A DNA stretch of 64,000 bases from a bacterium (lineage in GTDB: Bacteria > UBA8248), in the NCBI GenBank assembly GCA_965200245.1, contig CBDATS010000015.1:256001-320000 (forward strand), in the 5' to 3' direction. The position numbers and the translations under genes were made by a program. Below are positions 10,532 through 21,593 of the stretch, piece after piece (the first letter of the stretch is position 1; each line of letters opens with the position of its first letter). The notes under the pieces are model-generated. The model saw nothing but the letters and a program-made list of their open reading frames with translations. It did not search any database and had not been told where the DNA came from.

Positions 10532-11146
10532 GTGGAATTTGTCATCAAGACTTACGACAGGCCGGAAGCGGCCGCCTTGAGAGATGTCCACCGAAAGGCG
10601 TATCTTGATTATCTCAAGAGCTTCGATGACACCACCCGCTTTGCGGGTCGGTTCCTGCCCGACGAAGGGAAGCTCGAATCGGGCAGTTTCCGCATTCTTG
10701 ACCTGCCTGACCGAGCAGCAGCAGAGGCTCACTTGGCGAACGATCCGTTCATCATCAAGGGGGTCCAGGAACGGCCCTCTATTAGGCGTTGGCGTGCTAC
10801 CGTGCCCTACTCCTGGCGCGATTGCCCGAGAAAAAAAGAGAATCTCCAGTTCTACGTCCATGCATTGGATAAAGCGGATGGGGGCGCGGTCCGCAAAAGT
10901 CTGCACCAGAAGCACGTAGACTACCTGACCGAACACGGCGATTCGGTGATGGGGCGTGGGCCCCTGCTCACCGATGACGGCGAGAGCAGAAACAGAAGCG
11001 TACTGCTACTCGATTTTCCCCATATCGATGAGGCACGGGCGTTCTGGGCGGAGGAGCCGTATAACAGGGCTGGCCTATATGAGATCGTGGAATTCTATGC
11101 TTGTCGTTTTGGGCGGATGTTCGATCGATTCAAGACGCACGCATAG
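10532..11146 (+). CDS. Tandem YciI-domain protein
   Basis: Two ~95 aa repeats with DR/DK..R...H(Y)LDY, GP/GR..L.DDG and DPF/EPY motifs. Confidence 0.75.
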   Translation: MEFVIKTYDRPEAAALRDVHRKAYLDYLKSFDDTTRFAGRFLPDEGKLESGSFRILDLPDRAAAEAHLANDPFIIKGVQERPSIRRWRATVPYSWRDCPRKKENLQFYVHALDKADGGAVRKSLHQKHVDYLTEHGDSVMGRGPLLTDDGESRNRSVLLLDFPHIDEARAFWAEEPYNRAGLYEIVEFYACRFGRMFDRFKTHA

Positions 11147-11288
11147 CAATTTCCCAAAAAGGGTTTCTCGAGAAATCTCTTTAGTGAACTCCGTTCGTAC
11201 CCGTTCCTTGAGCAAGCTAATCGCCTGAATAGACATCCGGGACAAGAACTACTTGTCCACTTACCTGTTTCAAGGAAGGAACGATGCC

Positions 11289-11570
11289 ATGGCCGAAGTC
11301 ACGTGCCCTCATTGCGGAACCGAAATTTCCGAAGTCCAAGACTGTCCGGCCTGCGGAGAACCTGTAGAAGCAAAGGATACCGGCGAAAGACCATTGAACG
11401 TCATCGACGCCAAGGAGATCGTCGTAAAGGTCACGTGGGGCACGGGCGCTTTGATGCTGTGCGGCGGTCTGGGAGCACTATCCATCGGCGCGACGAAGCC
11501 CGCCGTCGGCCTCCTGGGTCTAGGCAGCCTCCTGTTCGCCGGTTCTTACGCGCTCGATTGGTGGACTTGA
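11289..11570 (+). CDS. Small zinc-ribbon membrane protein
   Basis: CPHC...CPAC followed by two hydrophobic helices; AAGGA RBS. Confidence 0.65.
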   Translation: MAEVTCPHCGTEISEVQDCPACGEPVEAKDTGERPLNVIDAKEIVVKVTWGTGALMLCGGLGALSIGATKPAVGLLGLGSLLFAGSYALDWWT

Positions 11571-11587
11571 GAGTACGCATTTGAGTC

Positions 11588-11664
11588 TGGTACCCCCGGC
11601 AGGATTCGAACCTGCGGCCTACGGATTAGGAATCCGGCGCTCTGTCCTGCTGAGCTACGGGGGC
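11588..11664 (-). tRNA. tRNA-Arg(CCT)
   Basis: GCCCCCGTAGCTCAG...TT CCT AA...GGTTCGAATCC...ACCA, 77 nt cloverleaf. Confidence 0.95.
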
Positions 11665-11689
11665 CCGGAACCGCCCTTTGAGGTGCGGA

Positions 11690-12217
11690 TCAATCACATC
11701 GTATCAAAGAGCGCACATGGTGTGGAACAAGTTTTTCTCGTCCGTTTAGAAACGCGAGTTCGATGAGGAAAAGAAAACTGTGAATGTTCCCGCCGAGTGA
11801 TTCGACGAGCGACATGCAGGCGGCGGCGGTACCGCCCGTGGCGAGTACATCGTCGGCGATCAACACCTTCATGCCGGGGGCGATAGCGTCTTTGTGGATT
11901 TCGAGCGTGTCCGTGCCGTATTCGAGTTGATACGTGGCCTGGGTCTTCTCCCAGGGCAGTTTCCCGGGTTTTCTCACCAAAATGAAGCCCGCGCCGAGTT
12001 TGTAGGCCAGAGCCGCTCCGATGATGAAGCCACGAGCCTCGACACCCAAGACGACATCGATTGCCTCATCAACCAAAGGTTCCGCTGCCATATCCACAGC
12101 CTGCTGAAAAGTCTGCGCGTTCTGGAGCATGGGCGTGATATCCTTGAACAAAATGCCTGCCTGTGGAAAATCGGGCACCTCTCGAATATGCGCCAGAAGA
12201 TGACTGATGTCGGACAT
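11690..12217 (-). CDS. apt: Adenine phosphoribosyltransferase
   Basis: [41 protein letters not shown]; start at MSDISH after AGGAG. Confidence 0.96.
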   Translation of the reverse strand: MSDISHLLAHIREVPDFPQAGILFKDITPMLQNAQTFQQAVDMAAEPLVDEAIDVVLGVEARGFIIGAALAYKLGAGFILVRKPGKLPWEKTQATYQLEYGTDTLEIHKDAIAPGMKVLIADDVLATGGTAAACMSLVESLGGNIHSFLFLIELAFLNGREKLVPHHVRSLIRCD

Positions 12218-12377
12218 GAATCTCACTCCTTGTGGATGAATTTGTTTTTTGTCGCCTCGTGGTGTTCTCAATGGCGGGTGCTTTACAAAGTTCTTTCCCC
12301 GGGTTCCGTTCCAGCGGAAAAGAGAACCTTACATAGCACTCTCTTCACAGCCTGTCATCACGAAAATCGCTGGAATT

Positions 12378-13208
12378 CTACGGCAAGTAGGACAGCGGGT
12401 TCTTCGGTCGCGTGCGATGGCGAATTTCGAAATGAAGTCGTGCGGTTTGGAAACGCGGGGTGCGGCCTGTCAGGGCGATGGGCGTGCCCCGTGAAACCTT
12501 CTGCCCTTTGCGCACGAGATTTTTGGCGACGTTGGCGTAGATGGAGTGGTACTCTCCCCCGTGGTGGCGCAGGATGATGAGTCGCCCCAAGTTTCCGGGA
12601 CCGAAATCAGAATAGATGACACGGCCGGGTGCTGCTGCGCGAACCTGGGTGCGTTCACGGGTGGCGATAAGGATACCATCCGCCTTTTTACCACCTCGCG
12701 TTCCAAAGCGGCGGATGACGCGCCCGCGCAACGGCCAGGAAAATTTTGGGCCTTTGCCGCGCGGCCTGTAGTACGGCGTTCTTCGCTTGCCCACGCGATG
12801 TTTTTGCACTGTGCTTTTTGATTTTCTGGATGGTTTCCTAGTCGGTTTTGAATGCACCTTATGACGCGGCGACGACTTACGGGGATGGGGAGCCGCCCAA
12901 CTCGGTCGGCGTTTGGGCGGCGTGGAACTGACGTTTTTCCGGACAAGTCTTACGCTTTTCGCACCCGGGATGAAGAGTCGCACGCCCGTCTCCACGCGAG
13001 ATGGGTTATCGATGCCGTTAAGCACGGCGATTTGTTCAATTTCCACGCCATAGGCGCGCCCGATGAGCCAGAGGTTCTCGCCTCGTTTTACAGTGTGGTA
13101 AATGCCGCCGACGTCGCGGCTGCTTTTCGTGGGCGGCGGCAAAGGGGGGGCAACGAAAGCGCAACCGGTGAGCAAGCAGAGAAAGAAGACTAATGCGTTA
13201 CGTCGCAT
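12378..13208 (-). CDS. nlpD: LysM plus M23 lipoprotein (NlpD-like)
   Basis: Lipobox LLTGC, LysM HTVKRGENLW, basic linker, M23 domain with degenerate Zn ligands ending LHFEIR...NPLSYLP. Confidence 0.75.
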   Translation of the reverse strand: MRRNALVFFLCLLTGCAFVAPPLPPPTKSSRDVGGIYHTVKRGENLWLIGRAYGVEIEQIAVLNGIDNPSRVETGVRLFIPGAKSVRLVRKNVSSTPPKRRPSWAAPHPRKSSPRHKVHSKPTRKPSRKSKSTVQKHRVGKRRTPYYRPRGKGPKFSWPLRGRVIRRFGTRGGKKADGILIATRERTQVRAAAPGRVIYSDFGPGNLGRLIILRHHGGEYHSIYANVAKNLVRKGQKVSRGTPIALTGRTPRFQTARLHFEIRHRTRPKNPLSYLP

Positions 13209-13273
13209 TGCGCGCCATCCTTGCAAAATCAAAGCAGGCGAAATGTGTAATATCTTCCAGTTCACAACTTCCC

Positions 13274-13723
13274 TTATGTATCGCCCAAGGCCATTCGTAC
13301 AGCTTCACGGGCGCTCGTCGCCAGGATGACTCCCTCAGGGCTGTTCTCGTGTCCCAGGGAAACGACCCGCTTGCCGAGTTTTAGTCCTATAGCGATTTCG
13401 GAAAGAGTGCCGTACGCGCCTGCCACAGCGATAAGTGAATGGGCCGTCGCCGCAATGATGACGTTTCGGGCGTGGCCCATGCCGGTGACGATGGGAATGT
13501 CAACAAAAGGGTTGGCGGATTGCGCGTCATAAGATGGCAGGACACCCACTGTGAGGCCGCCCGCTCCTTTCGCCCCGCGCGCCGCGGCCTGCATGACGCC
13601 TCCCAGACCGCCGCACACCAAGACAGCGCCTGCATTCGCAATTTCAGCACCCGCCTCCTCTGCCAGAATTACCGTTCCAGGAACCGGATCCGAATCGCCG
13701 ATGACGCCGATGATGGTTCGCAT
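13274..13723 (-). CDS. TIGR00725 / LOG-like Rossmann-fold protein
   Basis: VCGGLGGVM, TGMGHARN, GAYGTLSEI. Confidence 0.85.
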   Translation of the reverse strand: MRTIIGVIGDSDPVPGTVILAEEAGAEIANAGAVLVCGGLGGVMQAAARGAKGAGGLTVGVLPSYDAQSANPFVDIPIVTGMGHARNVIIAATAHSLIAVAGAYGTLSEIAIGLKLGKRVVSLGHENSPEGVILATSAREAVRMALGDT

Positions 13724-13895
13724 AAAATAATCCCGGGGCGGACGTCATTCTTTTTGATTGTATCGGGCGTGCGGCATACGTCAAGTGGCGGTGAAACTCT
13801 CCCCTGGCTGTAGCGCAATTTGAGAGTGTTCATCTCGTGATCCAGTTGAACGTATTCGGCTCCGCCTGTACCTAACCCAATATGCGGGGATACGC

Positions 13896-15083
13896 CTATC
13901 CTCCTTCTGGAATGATCACTCTCTTGTTGTGATCCGCGGGCAGTCCGGTATTCAGTGTGTGCAGCATCCAGTCCGCAATGGCGGGATACATGTCCGCAGC
14001 GACCTCGCCCATGGGATGAAAAACGCCTTCATACAGCCATAGCTCGCGCGGGCAGGTGAGGTGCTCAAAGAACACGTCGATGTCGTCGGGCGTGCAGAGT
14101 TCGTCCATGTCACCAGCCACAAGCAGATAGTTCGATTTCATCTTGCCCACCAGCGGCAGCCAGATGCTGTCACGTTCCTCGACGAACTCATCGAATTCGT
14201 CCTCATCGAGAATGTTCGTCATGTACATGTAGATTCGTTTGAAGTTAGGTTGAGCCTGGTTGAAAATAATGTCCGAAGGCCCCACGTTCGCCATCTGGCC
14301 GACCACGGTGTTCACGCGTTCGTCCTGGGCAGCGATTTCCACCGTCCAGCGGCTGCCCATGCTCATGCCCATGATGCCGATTCTGGAGGAATCCACCTCT
14401 TCGCGCTCCGTAAGCCAGTCGATGACCTTGCTGCCCGCGCGCGCGTAGTTATGGTGATCCACCCATACCTGGTTGATGTTGCACTCGCCCTGCCCCGGGC
14501 CGTCCATGATGGCGAAGTTCATGCCGCGCATATGGAACCAGTTGTTGTAGGGCAAAAGGCCGTCTTCCTTGATCATGTCCATTCCGGGTATGAGCAGAAC
14601 GGTGGGTCTGGGGCCATCCGCCTCGGCGGGCCAGAAATAAAAGTACGCGTTCTTGCCGGGGGCGAATTCTACCTGGTGCTTTTCGATGTCGCCGCCCCGG
14701 AGTTCGCGCATCTTGTCGAAACAGCGCGAAACACCCGCGTAGTATTCCTTCTTGCGCGGATGGCCATCCACGGGGATGAGGTGCTGGCCGCGTCCGTAGC
14801 AAAGGCCCGCCCGGTTGTAGTGCATGGCGGCAGTCACGAAGTTCCCCTCCCCTACTGCCGCTTTCGCTTTTTTCTCCTGCAGAGCAGCCTGTTTGCCCCA
14901 CAGCAGGGGTATGGAACGTCTGCCCGAGACTTTCGAATAGACGGCTTCCAGGTCTTGGTGCCGGAAACCCCTCTCATAACGCGTGCCCATAATACCTGGG
15001 TGGAGAACGTCTTCGTTGTCTGAGAGCTTGAGGAAATTATCGAAAATCCAGTTCTGATTCGCACGTGATGCCTGTCTTCTCAT
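13896..15083 (-). CDS. Alpha/beta hydrolase (2,6-dihydroxy-pseudo-oxynicotine hydrolase/FrsA-like)
   Basis: PGMD..KE, DGPGQGE, GMSMG nucleophile elbow, GDMD, GVFH. Confidence 0.75.
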   Translation of the reverse strand: MRRQASRANQNWIFDNFLKLSDNEDVLHPGIMGTRYERGFRHQDLEAVYSKVSGRRSIPLLWGKQAALQEKKAKAAVGEGNFVTAAMHYNRAGLCYGRGQHLIPVDGHPRKKEYYAGVSRCFDKMRELRGGDIEKHQVEFAPGKNAYFYFWPAEADGPRPTVLLIPGMDMIKEDGLLPYNNWFHMRGMNFAIMDGPGQGECNINQVWVDHHNYARAGSKVIDWLTEREEVDSSRIGIMGMSMGSRWTVEIAAQDERVNTVVGQMANVGPSDIIFNQAQPNFKRIYMYMTNILDEDEFDEFVEERDSIWLPLVGKMKSNYLLVAGDMDELCTPDDIDVFFEHLTCPRELWLYEGVFHPMGEVAADMYPAIADWMLHTLNTGLPADHNKRVIIPEGG

Positions 15084-15367
15084 ACCGCCACTTCTCCTTT
15101 CCTGTGTGTGATGAGACGAGCCTTCCCCTCACCACTTTCAAACAGAGATAACACCGGATTCAACGCGCTATATTCATGCAGGAGCCATCGCGGGTCAACT
15201 GTTCGAGCGCAACACCTGAGATGTGTCATTATATTTGCCGAATCCACTTTTTTTTTGTAGATTTGCAACCTCGTGTTTTCAAAACGACAGGGATCGTGAG
15301 TCTTCTTGGAAGACCTCTTGAGCCCCTGCCGACATTTATTCTTTTTTGATGAAAGAGGGACTTTGAA

Positions 15368-16678
15368 ATGACAGAAGAAACAGTGGAGATACTGGAACTC
15401 AGCAATGATGAATCAATCGTCCTTCATGCCGGATTTCGCAAGGACCCCACCACGAATGCCGTGGCCGTACCAATTTACCAAACGTCCTCCTACCAGTTCG
15501 ACAGTACGGACCACGCGGCCAATCTTTTCGCGCTAAAAGAACTCGGCAACATCTACACGCGAATAATGAATCCCACGAACGACGTGCTGGAAAAACGCCT
15601 TTCCGCACTTGAGGGCGGCGTCGGTGGCCTCGCCGTTTCCTCGGGCCAGTCGGCCTCGATGATGGCCGTGATGAACGTGGCCCGCGCAGGGGACAACATC
15701 GTGAGTTCGACGGACCTCTACGGCGGCACATGGAACCTCTTCGCAAACCAGTTGGAGGACATCGGCATCGAGTGCCGTTTCGTGGATCCAGAAGACCCGG
15801 AGAATTTCGTCAAAGCGACGGATGACAAGACACGCGCTTACTATGCGGAAACGCTGCCAAACCCGAAACTGCACGTATTCCCGATCCAGGAAGTCTCGGA
15901 CCTCGGACGCGACCTGGGGATTCCACTCATCATGGACAACACGGCGGCTCATGGCCTCTGCAAGCCCTTCGAGCACGGCGCAGCCGTCATTGCCTCCTCC
16001 TGCACGAAATACATCGGCGGGCACGGCAATTCCATAGGTGGCATCATCATCGATAGCGGTACCTTCGACTGGGCGGCGCATCCTGAAAGGCAGCCCTACC
16101 TCAATCAACCGGACCCGAGCTACCACGGCGCCGTGTGGACAGAAGCCGTCGCTCCGCTCGGCCCCATCGCCTACATCATCAAGGCGCGCGTTACGCTGCT
16201 GCGCGATTCCGGCCAGGCGATGAGCCCGTTCAACACTTTTCTGTTCCTGCAAGGCCTCGAAACCCTGCCACTGCGTATGGAGCGTCATTGCCAAAACGCC
16301 GCCGCCGTGGCGGATTACCTGAATGACCACCCCAAGGTCAATACCACGATTTATCCGGGTCTCATGGACGGGGAATTCCGCCGCCGTGCAGATACGTATC
16401 TCAATGGCGGCTACGGCGGCCTGTGCGGAATCGACCTCACCGGTGGCTACGAAGCTGGCCAGAACTTCATCAACTCGCTCAAGATGTTCTACCACGTGGC
16501 GAACATTGGCGATTCGAGGAGCCTTGCCATCCATCCGGCGAGCACCACGCACTCCCAACTCAGCCCCGAAGTGCAGGAGCAAACGGGCGTGACGCCGGGC
16601 TACGTGCGGCTTTCCATCGGTATCGAGCATATCGATGACATCATCGCCGATCTGGAACAAGCCCTGGACGCCGCGTAA
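15368..16678 (+). CDS. metY: O-acetylhomoserine aminocarboxypropyltransferase, copy 1
   Basis: AVPIYQTSSY, GNIYTRIMNPT, SCTKYIGGHG (PLP Lys), HVANIGD, HPASTTHSQL. Confidence 0.93.
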   Translation: MTEETVEILELSNDESIVLHAGFRKDPTTNAVAVPIYQTSSYQFDSTDHAANLFALKELGNIYTRIMNPTNDVLEKRLSALEGGVGGLAVSSGQSASMMAVMNVARAGDNIVSSTDLYGGTWNLFANQLEDIGIECRFVDPEDPENFVKATDDKTRAYYAETLPNPKLHVFPIQEVSDLGRDLGIPLIMDNTAAHGLCKPFEHGAAVIASSCTKYIGGHGNSIGGIIIDSGTFDWAAHPERQPYLNQPDPSYHGAVWTEAVAPLGPIAYIIKARVTLLRDSGQAMSPFNTFLFLQGLETLPLRMERHCQNAAAVADYLNDHPKVNTTIYPGLMDGEFRRRADTYLNGGYGGLCGIDLTGGYEAGQNFINSLKMFYHVANIGDSRSLAIHPASTTHSQLSPEVQEQTGVTPGYVRLSIGIEHIDDIIADLEQALDAA

Positions 16679-16706
16679 CGTATCCCAGTCAAAATTGAAA
16701 GAAACT

Positions 16707-16741
16707 AAAAGGGGCGTCCCGCAATGGGGCGCCTCTTTTTT
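16707..16741 (+). terminator. Rho-independent terminator after metY, probably bidirectional
   Basis: AAAAGGGGCGTCCC-GCAAT-GGGGCGCCTCTTTTTT. Confidence 0.85.
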
Positions 16742-17013
16742 GAGAGTGAGCAGCAAGTTGCCGGCTTCGAGTGAGAAACAGTGTCGATGAGATTTTTGTC
16801 AGTGTGGAATCGATAATTTCTCGACTCGGTACTTTCGGAAAATGATCTAAAGTATTTTACTATAGAATATACCGTATTCGATTGATATTTCTTGTTGAAT
16901 CCTGTCCATGCAAGATGAAAATATCAAGTTTTACTTTAAGCATTGAGAGCCCGACGGTTTCCCAGAGAGATTCGCACTGTGCTTCAGGGCAATGAATCTA
17001 AGGGTTGAGAAAA

Positions 17014-17090
<77 letters not shown>

Positions 17091-17123
17091 ACACAACCTG
17101 AGAGACGACCGTTTCAATTCTTG

Positions 17124-17804
17124 CTATGGCTTCTCCCATCCGTATTTTCCCACAAGTTTCACAAAAACACAGTTCACCAATTTCTCGGGCGGGCGCACCT
17201 CGCCGGATTTCGAAAAGCAGTATCGCATAAGGGTTTGCTTTTCCCCTTCTCCCAGAGGCATGACGATACGCCCCCCGGGGGCGATTTGCTGCTTCCAAGG
17301 CGCAGGCACACTAGGTGCAGATGCCGCGCTCACGATGACGTCGAAAGGCGCCTCTTCTGGCCAGCCGTACGTGCCGTCCGCCGTCCAGAGCATATAATTT
17401 GTCAGGCCGAAAGAATCAAGCCGCTTTCGGGCTCTCATCGCAAGTTCCGGCACCCGTTCTATGGCGCGGACGGAGCCGGCGAGTCTCCCGAGAAGCGCAG
17501 TAAGGTAACCAGAACCCGCTCCGATCTCGAGCACCTTTTCGGAGCCTTGGAGTTCCAGCGCCTCGAGCGTGGCCGCCACCATGTAGGGTTGCGAGATTGT
17601 CTGCCCTTGTCCGATGGGCAGTGCCTTGTCGGCGTAAGCGGCTTCAAGGAATATCTCGGGCGTAAAATGATGCCTCGGCACCTCGTACAGGGCCTGAATG
17701 ACGCGGGTGTCGGTAATGCCCCTGGCGATGATCTGGTTCTCCACCATCTGCTCGCGCGCGCGCCGCCAGCGATCCTCACCTTTGCCGTTTAATGAAATTG
17801 CCAA
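17124..17804 (-). CDS. pcm: Protein-L-isoaspartate O-methyltransferase
   Basis: [43 protein letters not shown]. Confidence 0.93.
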   Translation of the reverse strand: MAISLNGKGEDRWRRAREQMVENQIIARGITDTRVIQALYEVPRHHFTPEIFLEAAYADKALPIGQGQTISQPYMVAATLEALELQGSEKVLEIGAGSGYLTALLGRLAGSVRAIERVPELAMRARKRLDSFGLTNYMLWTADGTYGWPEEAPFDVIVSAASAPSVPAPWKQQIAPGGRIVMPLGEGEKQTLMRYCFSKSGEVRPPEKLVNCVFVKLVGKYGWEKP

Positions 17805-18529
17805 GACCCCAGCCCTTTTATCGCGTCATGGTCTGTGAGATTTGATCTTGAGGAGCGTAATGGATCCCCGTTTGTTCGAGATCGCCTGGAAATCCGTGTC
17901 CGGTTCGTTCTCCTAGCGGGGATTGAATCCCCTGCCCGGTAATACTCCCGGCTGCGCGGATTGATTTCCTCGACGATAGCTTCCCGGTAGACATGCTTGC
18001 CCCCGCAGGTGGTCCACTCTGCCAAACATTCTTGAGGAGAGATGTTCCGGGCGTTGACAATCAGGAATATGCCCGGTACCAGTCTCCCGGATATTACTTC
18101 CCTTCTGCTCGCACGCGCAACTTTTTTCGCCAGGTCATACAGGAACCTCTTCCCGTCCTCGTGGACAAGGGAGGTCGCCAAAGCGACAACCCAAGGCGGG
18201 TGGCCTCCATTGCCGTGGCCACGGTTCCCGGGCAAGTGATGTCGACGCCCGGATTCCTCCCACAAGTGATACCGGAGAGGAACTTGTCGGGGCTCTTCTC
18301 TTTGAGCAAGCCGTTCAGGGAGGGGGTCACACAATCGGTGGGCACGCCATCCAATTCGAGCCAGCCGTGCGCGAATTCGTTGACACGCAGGGTGTGGTGC
18401 AGGCTTCGGGAATGCCCCGGGCTCTGTCTCCTGCATGGGGCTACGACGATCAACTCTCCCAATAGAGCGAGACCGACATAGGTTTTCTGAGTCGATGCCG
18501 CCATCGTTGCAGCGAAGTGGTCGAACCAT
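17789..18529 (-). pseudogene. surE: surE 5'/3'-nucleotidase pseudogene
   Basis: SurE motifs spread over three frames: NDGGIDS / VVAP..QS..SL / GVPTDCV / SGI..G.N.G.DI...GTVA.AMEA / NPRSREYY / R*ENEPDTDFQAI..SIT; located directly upstream of pcm as in the canonical operon. Confidence 0.88.
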
Positions 18530-18718
18530 GGCCTTTCAAACAGGGTGCGGGGCGGGCACGAGCATCACAAATGGGATTATGTTCCAGCCGGGGAGGCAAA
18601 ATCAATGCTCCTAACAAGAATTCACCTCCTTGTGAGGCCTTTCATTGGGGTTGCTGCTTGCTTTAATGAATTTTACAGATTACAAAATCGGAATCATGCC
18701 TTTTTTGAGGGAGCACAC

Positions 18719-20038
18719 ATGAGCAAAGATTCCGGGCCCGAGAAACCGGCCCTGAGGTCGTTTCACTTCGACACCACCGCCCTCCATGCGGGTGCACGGC
18801 CCGACCCCGCGACCGGCGCCAGAGCAGTGCCGATCTACCAATCCACCGGCTTCGTTTTCGACGACGACAAACATGCCGCGGGTCTTTTTGCCCTGCAGGA
18901 TTACGGATACATCTACTCGCGCATCGGAAATCCCACCATCAGCACCTTCGAGGAACGCATCGCCGCCTTGGAGGGAGGCGTTGGCGCACTGGCGACGGCC
19001 TCTGGCCAGGCCGCCCAGTTCATCGCGCTGTTCACTTTGACGAATCCGGGGGATGAAATCGTTTCCTCCGCGGCCCTCTACGGAGGTACCTACACGCAGT
19101 TTGACATCACACTCAGAAAACTCGGCATCCATACGACATTCGTCGATCCGACGAAGCCGGAGGACTTTCAGGCCGCGGTGACGGAGAAAACGCGGGTCAT
19201 ATATTGCGAAACGATCGGGAATCCGGCCACCAACATCGCCGATTTAGAGGCGCTGGCAAAAATCGCGAACAATGCGGGCGTTCCCCTCGTGGTGGACAAC
19301 ACCTTCGCGACCCCCTACCTGTGCCGCCCCATCGAATGGGGGGCAGACATCGTTTTGCATTCGGCCACGAAATTCATCGACGGGCACGGCACTAGCATTG
19401 GAGGTGTTATTGTAGATTCGGGTCGCTTCAACTGGGCGAATGGTAAATTTCCCGGCATGATCGATCCTTCGCCAGGCTATCATGGGCTGCGTTTCTTCGA
19501 GACTTTTGGCGAGTTAGGCTTCCTCATGAAGGCGCGTGCGGAGAGCCTGCGCGACATCGGGTCGTGCCTAGGCCCGTTCAACGGTTTTTTGTTCGTCCAA
19601 GGTCTGGAAACCATGAGCCTGCGTATGGGGCGTCATTGCGAGAACGCACAAAAAGTGGCTGAGAATCTCGTGCAGGATTCGCGTATCAGTTTTGTGAGTT
19701 ATCCTGGACTACCCACAAGTCCCGAGTTTGAGAAGGCAAAAAAATATCTGCCGAACGGACAAGGCGCCGTCTTTTCCTTTGGTATCCGGGGCGGTTTCGA
19801 GGCGGCCGTCCGATTCATCAACGCGCTTCAACTGCACAGCCATCTCGCGAACGTGGGCGACGCAAAGAGCCTTATCATCCATCCGGCTTCTACGACGCAC
19901 GCCCAGTTGAGCGAAGAGGACATGAAGGCGGGAAACATCACGCCCGACCTCATCCGCATATCGGTAGGCCTCGAACACATCGACGACATCCTGTGGGATC
20001 TCGACCAGGCTCTTGATGCGGCGACAAGGAACGTGTGA
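18719..20038 (+). CDS. metY: O-acetylhomoserine aminocarboxypropyltransferase, copy 2
   Basis: [47 protein letters not shown]; start at MSKDSG after GAGGGAG. Confidence 0.92.
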   Translation: MSKDSGPEKPALRSFHFDTTALHAGARPDPATGARAVPIYQSTGFVFDDDKHAAGLFALQDYGYIYSRIGNPTISTFEERIAALEGGVGALATASGQAAQFIALFTLTNPGDEIVSSAALYGGTYTQFDITLRKLGIHTTFVDPTKPEDFQAAVTEKTRVIYCETIGNPATNIADLEALAKIANNAGVPLVVDNTFATPYLCRPIEWGADIVLHSATKFIDGHGTSIGGVIVDSGRFNWANGKFPGMIDPSPGYHGLRFFETFGELGFLMKARAESLRDIGSCLGPFNGFLFVQGLETMSLRMGRHCENAQKVAENLVQDSRISFVSYPGLPTSPEFEKAKKYLPNGQGAVFSFGIRGGFEAAVRFINALQLHSHLANVGDAKSLIIHPASTTHAQLSEEDMKAGNITPDLIRISVGLEHIDDILWDLDQALDAATRNV

Positions 20039-20517
20039 TGGAATTTCCCGAATTCCAGGACCCGCTCACGATTCGTCATATCCTGTCGAATCACCGCCGT
20101 GTGGCGATGGTGGGACTCTCGGCGAACGAATCGAGACCGAGTTATTTCGTGGGCTATTACCTGCAAAGAATGGGATTCGAGGTAATCCCGGTTAACCCAA
20201 GATACGAACGTATTCTAGGCCGAAAATCCTACCCCGATCTCACATCGATACCAGACCCGCCCGATGTGGTGGACGTATTCCGCAAACCGGATGAAATTTC
20301 GGAAGTCGTCGAGGAGGCACTGGCGGTCGGCGCCAAATCCCTCTGGCTGCAATTCGGCGTGGTGAACGAGCGCCAAGCCGAACACGCACGAGCGGCGGGC
20401 CTTCTCGTCGTCATGGACAAATGCATGAAGATTGAGCATGGCCGTCTGAGAGGCGGTTTGCACACGGCGGGAATGAGGACGGGCGTTATTTCGACGCGCA
20501 GGAATCCGCTGGTCTAG
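20035..20517 (+). CDS. CoA-binding protein (YccU-like)
   Basis: VAMVGLS...RPS, IPVNP, ILG..SYPDL, DVVDVFR, LWLQFG, DKCMKIEH; overlaps the metY stop. Confidence 0.9.
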   Translation: MMEFPEFQDPLTIRHILSNHRRVAMVGLSANESRPSYFVGYYLQRMGFEVIPVNPRYERILGRKSYPDLTSIPDPPDVVDVFRKPDEISEVVEEALAVGAKSLWLQFGVVNERQAEHARAAGLLVVMDKCMKIEHGRLRGGLHTAGMRTGVISTRRNPLV

Positions 20518-20634
20518 CCCCATAATTGGAGATACACTTGGTTTTCTGTTAGTTATGGGGTTTGCAAACCCCTCGAAAATCATTTACAAATTTTGCTGAA
20601 GCATGAAGTCTAGCCGATTCTGCGCGGGGACAAC

Positions 20635-21466
20635 ATGACTAGGCTCAAAATCTTGATTCTGGGACTTCAGTTGTTTCCCCTGTGCGTGGTTTCAGTTCTC
20701 GCTGCAGAAAGAAAAACCCTTATACACATGAGCGCGTTTCCGATAAAAGCGCTTTCAGCGAGCACTTCAGTCGACTTGCCTCAAATCGTTTTCCCTCGTG
20801 GAAGAAAAGTCTACCTAAAGGACCTCCGTCTGATGATGCCGGGAGATCACATAGTTACGACTGCGAATTCGAGAGCGAGTATTCGTTTTTGGCGCCGCCG
20901 GGACTGCCTCCTCATCCTGGAGCCGAACACGTCCTTCAAATTCATGACATTGAAGAAAGGTGTGTATTCGGCGAATCTGGACATGGGCGCGGTGAAGTGC
21001 CAGAAGGCTTCCTGCGGTTTGAACTTGAGCGTCATGACGCCTGCGGCAAAACTGCACGGAGAGAGTGCGGAATTCCTCCTCCAGGCGTATCGGGGATTCA
21101 CCACGGTAGTGCTCAAAAAAGGATCGTTGCGGTTATTTGTCGGAGGGCAGACTTTCGCATTGCGCAAGATGACGCGTACGACGGTTTCGAAGACGGGTGC
21201 CCACCGGGTCACCGCAATATCCACCGACGACCTAGATATCCCCGGCCTTTTTTCCCTCTTCCCGGACTTCATGCATCTCCTCCACAACGCCGGTTACGGA
21301 AAAACCTGTTATTTCTCCGACCTTGAAGTTGCCACGCCCTTGACGAACACTACGCTTAAGCCTTACTACATTGCATGTGATATTTCTTTCAGTGAAGAAC
21401 CGGCACGGTTCGCAGCCCATCAACCAAGCGAGCCCGGGTCTTGGTGGGAGTATCTCTTTTCGGGGT

Positions 21467-21489
<23 letters not shown>
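20635..21489 (+). CDS. Secreted FecR-like domain protein; 3' end uncertain
   Basis: Signal peptide; [36 protein letters not shown] resemble the FecR domain; the ORF tail runs into the tRNA. Confidence 0.5.
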
Positions 21490-21543
<54 letters not shown>

Positions 21544-21593
21544 TTTTCCGCATCGACGACTCCTGTATCGCATATCCTCCGAGGTGACGAGAG

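Noticed and set aside
15533-16756. Long antisense ORFs (also 14061-15023, 50675-52096, 61211-62635, 5012-5845)
   Set aside because: Shadows of well-supported genes with biased third codon positions; no recognisable motifs
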